Part shown: positions 28,501-37,463 of the stretch, piece by piece
How positions within the stretch are numbered: the stretch's first letter is position 1
Layout: each line of letters opens with the position of its first letter
Origin: Mycobacteriales bacterium
GTDB lineage: Bacteria; Actinomycetota; Actinomycetes; Mycobacteriales; DASULA01
NCBI GenBank assembly: GCA_036278435.1
Contig: DASULA010000093.1
Span: 1-60,676, forward strand
Direction of reading: 5' to 3'
DNA length: 60,676 nt
The notes under the pieces: model-generated
Seen by the model: only the letters and a program-made list of their open reading frames with translations
Database searches by the model: none
What the model was told of the DNA's origin: nothing
Translations under genes and position numbers: made by a program

Positions 28501-28740
28501 GTGGTGACCGTGCGTTACTGGGCGGCGGCTCGGGCGGCGGCGGGCCGCGATGAGGAGACGCTGCCGGCGTGTGACCTGGGCGAGTTGCTGACCAGGATCG
28601 CCGAGCGGCACGACATCTCGCGGGTGTTGTCGGTGTGCAGCCTGCTGGTGGACGGCGCGCCCGTGCACCGCGAGGACACCGGGCGCGGCCTGGCCAGCGG
28701 CGCGGTCGTTGACGTCCTGCCGCCCTTCGCCGGCGGCTGA
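28501..28740 (+). CDS. moaD: MoaD/ThiS-family sulfur carrier (C-terminal GG)
   Basis: 79 aa, V.YWAAAR N-terminus, ends ...PPFAGG immediately before the stop. Confidence 0.8.
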   Translation: MVTVRYWAAARAAAGRDEETLPACDLGELLTRIAERHDISRVLSVCSLLVDGAPVHREDTGRGLASGAVVDVLPPFAGG

Positions 28741-29011
28741 GCCGAGCCCGACTGGGATGCGCGGTCGGATCTGTCCGCCGACGTGGCAGACCCCCGGGCA
28801 CCTGACGGGTGGCGCCTCCCCCGGGAGCCGGCCGGCCGCACTGTGACCGCTGCGGGAGCCGGCAGCGGTCCGTCGCGACCCTCGAACTCGGCTCGTTCGG
28901 GGCGGTCCGCGGGCGGCCGGTCAGCGGCGTCAGCAGGGTTGTTTGGGGTGGGCGACCCTGCGTGGCCCGGCCGTCCACGCCGGTTAGGCTCGAACGCCTA
29001 CCGAGGAGGTC

Positions 29012-29473
29012 GTGGTGCAGGTAGCCGACGTGATGACGTCCGTGCGGGTCAGTGGCTCTCCCAGCGGGACGCTGCGGGACGCCGCCGCCCGTATGTGGGA
29101 GCAGCAGACCGGGTCGCTCCTGGTGATGGATGGTGACCACCTCCTGGGCATCGTGACCGAACGGGACGTGGTGCGGGCCGTGGCGCAGGGAGGGAACGTC
29201 GACACCGCCACGGTGGGCGAGATCATGACGCCCGACGTGTTCACCGTGCCCCCGGACATGGCGCTGTACGAGGCGGCGCGGCTGATGGTGTCGCGGTGGG
29301 TGCGTCACCTCCCGGTGGTGGACAGCGACGAGGTGGTCGGCGTCCTGTCGTTGCGGGACCTGGTGGCGGTGCTCGCCGCGATGGGCCGGGAGACCGATGA
29401 CGTGCGGTTGCCCGCGGATGAGTTGGTGCGTTCCCGCAGGCTGGCCAGGATCGAGGCCGGCGACCTTGACTGA
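29012..29473 (+). CDS. CBS-domain pair protein
   Basis: Two CBS motifs (VADVMT...LLVMDGDHLLGIVTERDVVRAV and IMTPDVFTV...LPVVDSDEVVGVLSLRDLV). Confidence 0.8.
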   Translation: MVQVADVMTSVRVSGSPSGTLRDAAARMWEQQTGSLLVMDGDHLLGIVTERDVVRAVAQGGNVDTATVGEIMTPDVFTVPPDMALYEAARLMVSRWVRHLPVVDSDEVVGVLSLRDLVAVLAAMGRETDDVRLPADELVRSRRLARIEAGDLD

Positions 29474-29477
29474 ACGG

Positions 29478-29642
29478 GTGGATCCTGGGTCCGAAAGCCG
29501 GTCCGATCGGCCTGTGTACCGCGGCCAGGTGCTGCCGGACGTCTCCACCGACGAGACTGACGTCGGCTGGGGAGACCTGCCCGACGGGTCCGGTGACGAC
29601 GAACGGATCCTGCGTGAGGTCCCACCCCACCACGTGGGCTGA
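29478..29642 (+). CDS. Possible small acidic protein (54 aa) with a DVGWG...ILREVPPHH tail
   Basis: GTG 5 nt after the CBS stop. The C-terminal TDVGWGD...DDERILREVPPHH resembles a small ORF I recall at this position in actinobacteria. Not verified. Confidence 0.35.
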   Translation: MDPGSESRSDRPVYRGQVLPDVSTDETDVGWGDLPDGSGDDERILREVPPHHVG

Positions 29643-29669
29643 CCGCCGGGCTGACCGCCGGGCCGGAGG

Positions 29670-30365
29670 TCAGGGTGGTCGCAGGGTGACGGTCAGGCCG
29701 GCGTCACCCCCGGCCCCGGCCAGGCGTCGGGCCGTGTCCGGCGCGGCGGCGACCACCAGCAGCGGGCCACCGGACCGATCGGAGCCCACCGGAACGACGG
29801 CCAGCACGGTCACGTCCGCGGCGAGCACCACGGCCGGCTGGGGGCTCTCGGGCCCGGCGTCGCCGGGTCCGGTGTCATCGGCGCCGGACCGGGCCAGCAG
29901 GTCCACCCGGGAACCGGGCCGCAGCAGAACCGCGGTGGCCGGGTCGGCGAGCCGGACCGGGACCGCGACCAGGCCGGACCCGGACAGCCCGGCGGTGAGC
30001 CCCGGATCGACCAGGCGCACGTCGGTCAGGGCCTCACCGCGCCGGAGCGGACCGGCCACCCGCCGTCCCAGCACCGCCCGGCCGTCGGTCAGCGCATGCG
30101 CCGGCACCGCGGCCGGTGGCAGCCGGAGCGGGCGCACGTCCGCGGCGCGCAGTACCGATCCGGCGGTCAGGTCACGGGCCGCGGCCAGCACGGTGACCGA
30201 GTGATCCGCCGGAGGCTCCGGTCCGGGAGTTGTGGACCAGCCGGACAGTTCGACGGCGAGGGCCGCGAGCAGCAGGACGGCGGCGAGCAGCCGGCGGGGC
30301 CACCGGCCGAAACGGGTCAGGATCGGGTGTAGCGCTGCCCCAGCTCGGACACGGTGTGTATTCAC
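29670..30365 (-). CDS. SAF-domain membrane-anchored protein (CpaB/RcpC-like)
   Basis: N-terminal TM (LLAAVLLLAALAV), then VTVLAAARDLTAGSVLRAADV SAF-type beta-clip. Confidence 0.65.
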   Translation of the reverse strand: MNTHRVRAGAALHPILTRFGRWPRRLLAAVLLLAALAVELSGWSTTPGPEPPADHSVTVLAAARDLTAGSVLRAADVRPLRLPPAAVPAHALTDGRAVLGRRVAGPLRRGEALTDVRLVDPGLTAGLSGSGLVAVPVRLADPATAVLLRPGSRVDLLARSGADDTGPGDAGPESPQPAVVLAADVTVLAVVPVGSDRSGGPLLVVAAAPDTARRLAGAGGDAGLTVTLRPP

Positions 30366-30554
30366 GAAATCGACGCTAGGTGATCAGTCGGTTAGCCGAC
30401 ACCCCGATCTCGTCGCCTGTGGACAACCGGGTCGATGGTCACGGTCAGTGAGACAAGTCGATCCCGTATGCACGGTTCTGTACTCGTTCGAGGGGTGCGC
30501 CGTGAGTCTGGGCTGTGGAAAACCGAGTTTCGGGCGGGGTGCCTCATCCTGGCG

Positions 30555-30989
30555 TTACGAGCCCTTGGATGACCCGGACGACGACCCGGACGACGACTTG
30601 GAGGACCCGGAAGAGCCGGAGGACCCGGAAGAGCCGGATGATCCGGAGCCCGACGGGGACCCGTTCGAGGCCCCCGCCTTGGCCGGCGCCTGGTCCGAAC
30701 GGGCGGAATCCGACCCGGACGACGACTCAGACCCCGAACCGGACGAGCCGGAGGAATCCGGCGACGCGCTGCCGGCACCGGACGCCGCGCCGGCTTTGCG
30801 GCTCTCGGCTCGGCTGTCGTTGCGGTAGAAACCGGACCCCTTGAACACCACACCGACCGCCGAGAACACCTTGCGCAGCCGACCGTCACACACCGGACAC
30901 GTCGACAGGGGCTCGTCGGAGAACCCCTGGACCGCGTCGAAGCGGTGACCGCACGTGGACTCAGTGCAGGCGTACTGGTACGTCGGCAC
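30555..30989 (-). CDS. FmdB-family zinc-ribbon protein with a long Ser/Gly-rich tail
   Basis: VPTYQYACTESTCGHRFDAVQGFSDEPLSTCPVCDG..RKVF is the FmdB CxxC..CxxC signature. GTG at 30989 follows CAGGAGG. Confidence 0.8.
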   Translation of the reverse strand: MPTYQYACTESTCGHRFDAVQGFSDEPLSTCPVCDGRLRKVFSAVGVVFKGSGFYRNDSRAESRKAGAASGAGSASPDSSGSSGSGSESSSGSDSARSDQAPAKAGASNGSPSGSGSSGSSGSSGSSGSSKSSSGSSSGSSKGS

Positions 30990-31106
30990 GCCGACCTCCT
31001 GTTGGCACTCCCGGAACACGACTGCTAACAATGGTGCGACACCCCCCATTCCACGGTCCAACCGGGGTCGACCGTGAGCGCGGCCGACCGCCCACAACCG
31101 GCCGGA

Positions 31107-31679
31107 TCAGCACAGTTCGACCCAACCGAGGGCGGGGGTCACCGCCGCGGTGACCGACCGGTCGTGCGGCTCGGCGGGCAGCGTGTCGAGAAGTTCCCCG
31201 TCGTGCAGCAGCGCGGCCACCGGCACCGAGCGGTCCAGCCGGGCCAGCGCCCGGTCGTAGAACCCGGCCCCCCGGCCCAACCGGTGACCCCGCCGGTCCG
31301 CGGCCAGCGCCGGGGCCAGCACCAGGTCCGCGGTCGACACCGAGTCCGGGCCGAGCCGGGTACCGACCGGCTCCCGCAGTCCCAGCGGCCCGGGGCGCAG
31401 CGCGCCGGTGTAGCCGGCCCAGTCCAACTCGCCGCCGGCACGCACCACCGGCAGCAGCACCAGCACGCCGCGGTCGCGCAGTTCGTCCAGGAGCGCCACC
31501 GAACCCGGCTCGGAACCGACCGGCACGTACGCGGCCACCCGCCCGGCCCGGCGCAGCGCGGGGGCGGCCAGCACGTGCCGGCGCAGCGCCCGTGCCGAGG
31601 TTTCCAGGTCGGCCGGTGTCAGCGCGCGGCGCCCGCGCCGAACCCGGTCGCGCAACGCGGCCTTGTCATCGCACACCAT
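31107..31679 (-). CDS. 5-formyltetrahydrofolate cyclo-ligase
   Basis: KAALRDRVR..R; VAAYVPVGSEP; GRGAGFYDR motifs. Only the last 190 codons of tracked ORF 31107..32492 are credible, because the rest is antisense to galU. Confidence 0.8.
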   Translation of the reverse strand: MVCDDKAALRDRVRRGRRALTPADLETSARALRRHVLAAPALRRAGRVAAYVPVGSEPGSVALLDELRDRGVLVLLPVVRAGGELDWAGYTGALRPGPLGLREPVGTRLGPDSVSTADLVLAPALAADRRGHRLGRGAGFYDRALARLDRSVPVAALLHDGELLDTLPAEPHDRSVTAAVTPALGWVELC

Positions 31680-31718
31680 CACCACATGATCGCCGGTGGC
31701 ACCGGCTAGTCTCCCGTC

Positions 31719-32636
31719 ATGACCGATGGCCCACCCCTGGTCCAACCGCGCAAGGCGGTCATTCCGGCGGCGGGCCTGGGTACCCGCTTCCTGCCGGCGA
31801 CCAAGGCGGTGCCCAAGGAGCTCATGCCGGTCGTGGACACCCCGGCGATCCAGTACGTGGCCGAGGAGGCGGTCCGGTCCGGGCTGGACGAGCTGCTGAT
31901 CATCACCGCCCGGGGCAAGGACGCGATCGTCGACCACTTCGACCGGGTTCCCGAACTGGAAGCGGCACTTGAGGCCAAGGGGGACACCGTCCGGCTGGCC
32001 GCGGTGCGCCGGTCCACCGAACTCGCCCGGGTGCACTTCGTCCGGCAGCTCGAACCGGCCGGGCTCGGCCACGCCCTGCTGTGCGCGGCGCCCTACGTCG
32101 GCGAGGAGCCGTTCGCCGTGCTGCTGGGCGACGACCTGATCGACGAGCGGGACAGCCTGCTCGCCCAGATGCTCGCCGTGCACGCCGAACGGGGGGGCTG
32201 CGTGCTGGCCCTGATCCGGGTCCCCCCCGAGGCGGTGTCGCTGTACGGCTGTGTGGCGGTGGAACCGGCCAGCGGATCCGGACCCGACCGGCCCGGCGAC
32301 GTGGTCCGGATCACCGACCTGGTGGAGAAGCCGGACCCGGACACCGCGCCCAGCGACCTGGCCATCATCGGCCGGTACGTGCTCCCGCCGCGGATCTTCG
32401 ACGCGCTGGCCAAGACGCCACCCGGGCGGGGCGGGGAGATCCAGCTCACCGACGCGCTGCGGGCGCTGGCCGAGGCTGGTGAACCCGTGCACGGGGTGAT
32501 CTTCACCGGACGCCGCTACGACACCGGGGACCAGATCGACTACCTGCGCACGGTGGTTCGGCTGGCCTGTGAGCGGGAGGACATCGGCCCGGGCTTTCGA
32601 AACTGGCTCGTCGACTTCGTGGCCGGGCTGTCATGA
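31719..32636 (+). CDS. galU: UTP--glucose-1-phosphate uridylyltransferase
   Basis: AVIPAAGLGTRFLPATKAVPKELMPVVD signature. Confidence 0.9.
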   Translation: MTDGPPLVQPRKAVIPAAGLGTRFLPATKAVPKELMPVVDTPAIQYVAEEAVRSGLDELLIITARGKDAIVDHFDRVPELEAALEAKGDTVRLAAVRRSTELARVHFVRQLEPAGLGHALLCAAPYVGEEPFAVLLGDDLIDERDSLLAQMLAVHAERGGCVLALIRVPPEAVSLYGCVAVEPASGSGPDRPGDVVRITDLVEKPDPDTAPSDLAIIGRYVLPPRIFDALAKTPPGRGGEIQLTDALRALAEAGEPVHGVIFTGRRYDTGDQIDYLRTVVRLACEREDIGPGFRNWLVDFVAGLS

Positions 32637-33901
32637 CCGCCCCCGGAGGCGGCTCCGGGGGCGGCGCCGAACGCCCGCTGCGGGTCGAACAGCACCTGGA
32701 CCGGATCCTGGCCACCGTGCGCCGACCAGCGCCGATGGAGGTCGCGCTGCTCGACGCGCACGGCCTGCACTGCGCCGAACAGGTGGTGGCACGCTGGCCG
32801 CTGCCCGGGTTCGACAACTCGGCCATGGACGGGTACGCGGTGCGCTCGGCCGACGTGGCCGGCGCCGACCCGGACCACCCGGTGGTGCTGCCGGTGGTCG
32901 GGGACATCGCGGCCGGCGCCAGTGCGCCGGAGGCAATCGGCGCCGGGCTCACCGTGCGGATCATGACCGGCGCGCCGATGCCGGTCGGCGCGGACGCCGT
33001 GGTGCCGGTTGAGTGGACCGACCGGGGCGTGGTCAAGGTGGCCATCCACCGGCCGGCCCCGCCCGACACCTACGTCCGGCACGTCGGCGAGGACATCCGG
33101 GCCGGGGACGTCGCGGTCGAGTCCGGCACCCTCGTCGGCCCGGCGCAGGCCGCGGTGCTGGCCGCGATCGGCCGCGAACGGGTGCTGGTGCACCCGCGAC
33201 CGCGGGCGGTGGTGCTGTCCACCGGCAGCGAACTGGTCGAGGTAGGCCAGCGGCCCGGGCCGGGCGAACTCGTGGACTCCAACGGGTACCTGCTGGCGAT
33301 GGCCGCCCGCGACGCCGGTGCCGAGGTGTACCGGGCCGGCATCGTGCCGGACGACCGGCGCCGGCTGCTGGACACGCTGGAGGGGCAGCTCACCCGCGCG
33401 GACCTGCTGATCACCTCCGGCGGGGTCAGCATGGGCGCCTACGACGTGGTCAAGGAGGCGCTGGCCGAACTGGGCACCGTCCAGTTCCACCGGGTGGCCA
33501 TGCAGCCGGGCATGCCGCAGGGATTCGGCACCCTCGGGCCGGAACCGACCCCGGTGTTCTGCCTGCCCGGCAACCCGGTCAGCGCGCTGGTGTCGTTCGA
33601 GGCGTTCGTCCGTCCGGCGATCCGGTACATGCTCGGCAGCGGCGAACTGCACCGGGCCGCGGTGAGCGCGGTGCTGTCCGAGCCGCTGACCAGCCCGCTG
33701 GGCCGGCGCCAGTACCGGCGGGGTCGGTTGCGGACGGGCGGCGACGGTGGACCCGCGGTGGCGCCGGTTGGCGGTCCCGGGTCGCACCTGCTGGCCAGCC
33801 TGGCCCGAGCCGACTGCCTCATCGTCATCGAGGAGGAGGTGACCGAGTTGTCCGCGGGCAGCCGGGTCACCGTGGTACCGCTGTCGTCGCCCGGCGCGTG
33901 A
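32633..33901 (+). CDS. moeA: MoeA-family molybdopterin molybdotransferase (gephyrin-like; Glp candidate)
   Basis: NSAMDGYAV, RIMTGAP.P.GADAVV, ITSGGVSMG.YD and PGNPVSA motifs. ATGA overlap with the galU stop. Confidence 0.9.
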   Translation: MTAPGGGSGGGAERPLRVEQHLDRILATVRRPAPMEVALLDAHGLHCAEQVVARWPLPGFDNSAMDGYAVRSADVAGADPDHPVVLPVVGDIAAGASAPEAIGAGLTVRIMTGAPMPVGADAVVPVEWTDRGVVKVAIHRPAPPDTYVRHVGEDIRAGDVAVESGTLVGPAQAAVLAAIGRERVLVHPRPRAVVLSTGSELVEVGQRPGPGELVDSNGYLLAMAARDAGAEVYRAGIVPDDRRRLLDTLEGQLTRADLLITSGGVSMGAYDVVKEALAELGTVQFHRVAMQPGMPQGFGTLGPEPTPVFCLPGNPVSALVSFEAFVRPAIRYMLGSGELHRAAVSAVLSEPLTSPLGRRQYRRGRLRTGGDGGPAVAPVGGPGSHLLASLARADCLIVIEEEVTELSAGSRVTVVPLSSPGA

Positions 33902-33950
33902 ACCCCACCGGCCCGGCCGCACGGCACCCCGCCCGACCGCGGAGGCGACC

Positions 33951-34583
33951 GTGCCAGCAACCCTGGGCAGGATCATGACGCGTCATCCCGGTTGGCCGGC
34001 GGAGCTGCGCTACCAGCACGTCGGGCTGCGTCCGATGCGGATGCGCGACGCGTCGGCGTGGAGCGAACTGCGGCTGCGCAACGAGGAGTGGCTGGCACCC
34101 TGGGAACCCAGCTCGCCGGATCCCTGGGCCGGGCGGCACTCGGTCGCGGCGTTCCCGCCGTTGCTCAGCCGGCTGCGCAGGATGGCCCGGTCGGGCGTGG
34201 CGCTGCCGTGGGCGGTGGTCTACGACAACCGGTTCGTCGGCCAGCTCACTGTGATCAACATCGTCCGGGGCGCGTTCGACTCCGGCCAGGTCGGCTACTG
34301 GGTGGACCGCGCCGTGGCCGGCCGGGGGATCATCCCGACCGCGGTCGCGCTGGCCGTGGACCACTGCTTCGGCCCGGTCGGGCTGCACCGGGTACAGGTC
34401 GACATCCGCCCGGAGAACGCGGCCAGCCGCCGGGTTGTGGCCAAGCTCGGGTTCCGCGAGGAGGCGTACTTCGCCCGGTACCTGGACATCGATGGCGGCT
34501 GGCGGGACCACATCGGCTATGCGCTGACCCGCGAAGACTGCCCTAATGGGCTGGTCCGGCTACTACCCGCCGTGACAAGCTGA
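33951..34583 (+). CDS. rimJ: GNAT N-acetyltransferase, RimJ/RimL-like
   Basis: LRP.R.RDA..W...R..N..WL.PWEP and GYW.D....GRG motifs. The alternative ATG at 33975 is equally possible. Confidence 0.8.
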   Translation: MPATLGRIMTRHPGWPAELRYQHVGLRPMRMRDASAWSELRLRNEEWLAPWEPSSPDPWAGRHSVAAFPPLLSRLRRMARSGVALPWAVVYDNRFVGQLTVINIVRGAFDSGQVGYWVDRAVAGRGIIPTAVALAVDHCFGPVGLHRVQVDIRPENAASRRVVAKLGFREEAYFARYLDIDGGWRDHIGYALTREDCPNGLVRLLPAVTS

Positions 34584-34737
34584 GCCCTCTCGGCGACACC
34601 ACCCGTGCCGGGACGGCAGTGCCGACGACAGTTGACGGCGACTCTGGCGACACACCGACCGCGTTCCCGGCCCGGCCCACGGCGCGAAACTACGGTCATC
34701 TGGTGGCCGCAGTGACGCAGGTGACGGGAGGGGCGCG

Positions 34738-35505
34738 GTGAGTTCGACGATCCTGACCGTCATCGTGCTGGTCGTGATGTGGCTCGTCGTGCTGGTCCCC
34801 ATGTTCGTCCGGCGCGCCGATGAGCCGGCCGAGTCGACCGAACCGGCCGCCGCCGTGGGGGACGCGGCCCCCGACGAGGCCAGTGACCCCGTTGGCGCCG
34901 GCGCCCACTCCGCCGGGGCGCTGGCCCGGCGCGTGCTCACCGGTCACCTCGACGACGGCGAACCGGAGTTCGACGACGCCGACCTTCCCGACGACGCCGA
35001 CCATGCCTACCGTCCGGCTGGCGAGACCGACCCGGAAGTCTCCGGAACCGTGGACCACGGTGATGGCGTTCCGGCGCCGGACGGCGCCCGGGCCAGGATG
35101 ATCCTCCGCCGCCGTCGGACGCTGACCGCTTTGGCGGCGCTGGTGCTGGCCACGCTCGTCCTGGTACTGCTTGCCCGGGGCCGGCCGGGCGCTTGGGCGT
35201 TCCAGGCCGGCTGCGACCTGCTGCTGGCCGGCTACCTGGTCGGGCTGCGCGGGGAAGCCCGCCGCGAACGGATCCGCCGGTCCGACCGGACTGCCGCCCG
35301 GGCGGAAGCACGCGCCCGCGCCGAGGCCCGCGAGCGGGCCCGCCGTGCCGGCCGGACCCGCGCCGGCACGCCCGGCGCGCCGGGCCGCCGGACCCCCACC
35401 CGGCCGGCCGCGACCGGCACCCACGGAGCTCCGCCCCGACCGGCCCGCGCCCTGTACTCCCCGCCGGAACCGGACGAGGAGTACGAACGCCGGTGGGTGG
35501 TCTGA
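34738..35505 (+). CDS. Membrane protein with an Arg-rich cytoplasmic tail (GlpR/SepX-like by position and architecture)
   Basis: N-terminal TM ILTVIVLVVMWLVVLVPMFV, acidic linker, two further TMs, basic tail. GTG follows GGGAGGGG. Its position after moeA-rimJ matches the conserved actinobacterial arrangement. Confidence 0.55.
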   Translation: MSSTILTVIVLVVMWLVVLVPMFVRRADEPAESTEPAAAVGDAAPDEASDPVGAGAHSAGALARRVLTGHLDDGEPEFDDADLPDDADHAYRPAGETDPEVSGTVDHGDGVPAPDGARARMILRRRRTLTALAALVLATLVLVLLARGRPGAWAFQAGCDLLLAGYLVGLRGEARRERIRRSDRTAARAEARARAEARERARRAGRTRAGTPGAPGRRTPTRPAATGTHGAPPRPARALYSPPEPDEEYERRWVV

Positions 35506-35559
35506 TTCCGGCTGGCGGGGACGGCCTGCCGGCCTGCTACCCTGTACTCCGGTTTCATC

Positions 35560-35633
35560 GGGGCTGTAGCGCAGTCCGGTAGCGCACCTCGTTCGCATCG
35601 AGGGGGTCAGGGGTTCGAATCCCCTCAGCTCCA
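35560..35633 (+). tRNA. tRNA-Ala (anticodon CGC)
   Basis: Hand-folded: acceptor GGGGCTG/CAGCTCC with the G3:U70 Ala identity pair, anticodon stem CCTCG/CGAGG, loop TTCGCAT, T-arm AGGGG-TTCGAAT-CCCCT. No encoded CCA. Confidence 0.9.
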
Positions 35634-36121
35634 CGAAGTCAATGGGCGGCGTGTGCCCGCGGAGTAGGCGGGCCATGGTCGCCTTCGTTATTTGTGCTCG
35701 GCTTCGCCTCGCCGGGCGGGGGCTTTGCGACCCGCACCCCCATAGTGTCCGCGGTGGGTTGCCGGTCGGGGTTCGAGTTAGGTGTGGTCAGGGTCCACAA
35801 TCAGAGCCATGCCGGGCACCAGCCGCACCATCCTCGTCCAACTCATCAGCGAACTGGACACGCGCAGGCTGTCCTTCTACGGGATGCCAGCCCCGCTGCG
35901 TGTTCCCAACGACGCGCTGGGAGCATCCGGCGAACCCGTGCGTGTCCCGGTACCCAGCGGCACCATCACTCTCGATCCGAACGTCGAAGTCGTGCCGCTG
36001 CTCGTTGTCGCCAGCGCTAAGCACATCGCCGCCGTACCGCAGCGTCCAGGCCCGCGTGCGACGTCGCCGCGCCGAGAGCGACCGCATCGTGCCCTCACCT
36101 CGGCGGCTGACCTCCTGGATT

Positions 36122-36481
36122 ATGAGCAGACCCCAGGACCTGTCCGACAAACATCGTGCTCACCTCGGTGACCTCCTGGCTGCCTGCCCGGAGATGACTG
36201 CCCTGGTGGGCTTCGTCGGTGAGTTCGCCCAACTCATGGCCGAGCGGCGCGGCAGCGACCTCGACTCCTGGGCCGCACACGTCCGAGCAGCCGGACTGTC
36301 CGAGATGGCGCCCTTCCTCAACGGTCCCGAGGCAGACCACGACGCCGCCGTGGCCGGCCTGAGCGTGCCTCACAGCAACGGCCCGACCGAGGGCATCAAC
36401 ACCAAAACCAAGCTCATCAAACGACAGATGTATCGCCGCGCAGGCTTCCACCTCCTCCGCCACCGCATCCTGCTCCCATAA
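36122..36481 (+). mobile_element. ISL3-family transposase, C-terminal remnant only
   Basis: ...HSNGPTEGINTKTKLIKRQMYRRAGFHLLRHRILL is the conserved ISL3 C-terminus. The N-terminal two-thirds of a normal ISL3 transposase are absent, and the upstream part of tracked ORF 35642.. shows no transposase motifs. Confidence 0.7.
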
Positions 36482-36671
36482 CTCCCCGACCAGACGACCG
36501 GAAGCGAGCCAGAGCCAAACGTTTGACAGACCCCCGTCCCTCGCGATGCCATACACGCGCCCAGACTCGGCGTCACGACCGAGCCAGGCCGCCGGCACGC
36601 ACGGGCCCCGGGCCGAACGTTTGAGCCCAGTCAGTGTTGCGACTACCCTTCGGACCCGTGCAGTGCTCCAC

Positions 36672-37448
36672 ATGCGTATTGTCAGCGCCATGCATAAGGT
36701 GCCGAAGATCTCGGTTCAGATCCAGCCGCAGCACGTTCGTCTAGAGGCGCTTGTCGATGCCCTCGACGAGCTCGACGCGCTGCGGGTCGACACCATCTAC
36801 TGCTGGGACCATATTGGTCAGTTGTCGGGGAGCAGCAGTCTGCCGAGCCTGGAATGTTGGGCCTTGCTCGCGTCGTTGTCGCGCGTAACGTCGCACGTCA
36901 AGTTAGGTTCCCTGGTGAGCCCATACGGCTGGCGCAATCCTGAACTAATGGCGTACACGGCTGATACAGTCGATCGAATGTCGGGCGGCCGCGTTGTCCT
37001 AGGGATGGGTGCCGGCTGGCATGCGTCGGACTTTGAGCGGCTCGGCTTAGTCATGCCGGCCGGTGCCGCCCGCATCCGGGGCTTGCAATCAGCGCTGGAT
37101 CGCATCAGGGCTAGCCTCGACGCGTTGAAGTCCAGGGTGCCGGTGTTGATCGGTGGCTCAGGGCCCAAGTTGCTCGACGTTGTCGCGCAGCACGCCGACA
37201 TCTGGCATAGCAATCAGCAAGGTCCGGCCTGGGCCCGCGCCGCCGCAACGCTCGAACAAGCGTGTCACCGGCGCGGTCGCGACCCAAGAACCATTGTTGT
37301 GTCGGTGTCGCTTGGCGATAGCGATATCGACGCACTCGCGAAGGAGCACGAGATCGACTCGGTAACCGTCAACGTGGCCGGCCCCAGGTTCGATCTGCGC
37401 CGTGTCAGGGAGCTCGTGAGCTGGCGTGCGGGCGTGTTGAGTGGCTGA
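36672..37448 (+). CDS. LLM-class (luciferase-like) F420/flavin-dependent oxidoreductase
   Basis: KISVQIQPQH...VDTIYCWDH...GGRVVLGMGAGWH pattern. Start at ATG 36672 or 36690. Confidence 0.75.
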   Translation: MRIVSAMHKVPKISVQIQPQHVRLEALVDALDELDALRVDTIYCWDHIGQLSGSSSLPSLECWALLASLSRVTSHVKLGSLVSPYGWRNPELMAYTADTVDRMSGGRVVLGMGAGWHASDFERLGLVMPAGAARIRGLQSALDRIRASLDALKSRVPVLIGGSGPKLLDVVAQHADIWHSNQQGPAWARAAATLEQACHRRGRDPRTIVVSVSLGDSDIDALAKEHEIDSVTVNVAGPRFDLRRVRELVSWRAGVLSG

Positions 37449-37463
37449 GTGGCGCCCGATCCC

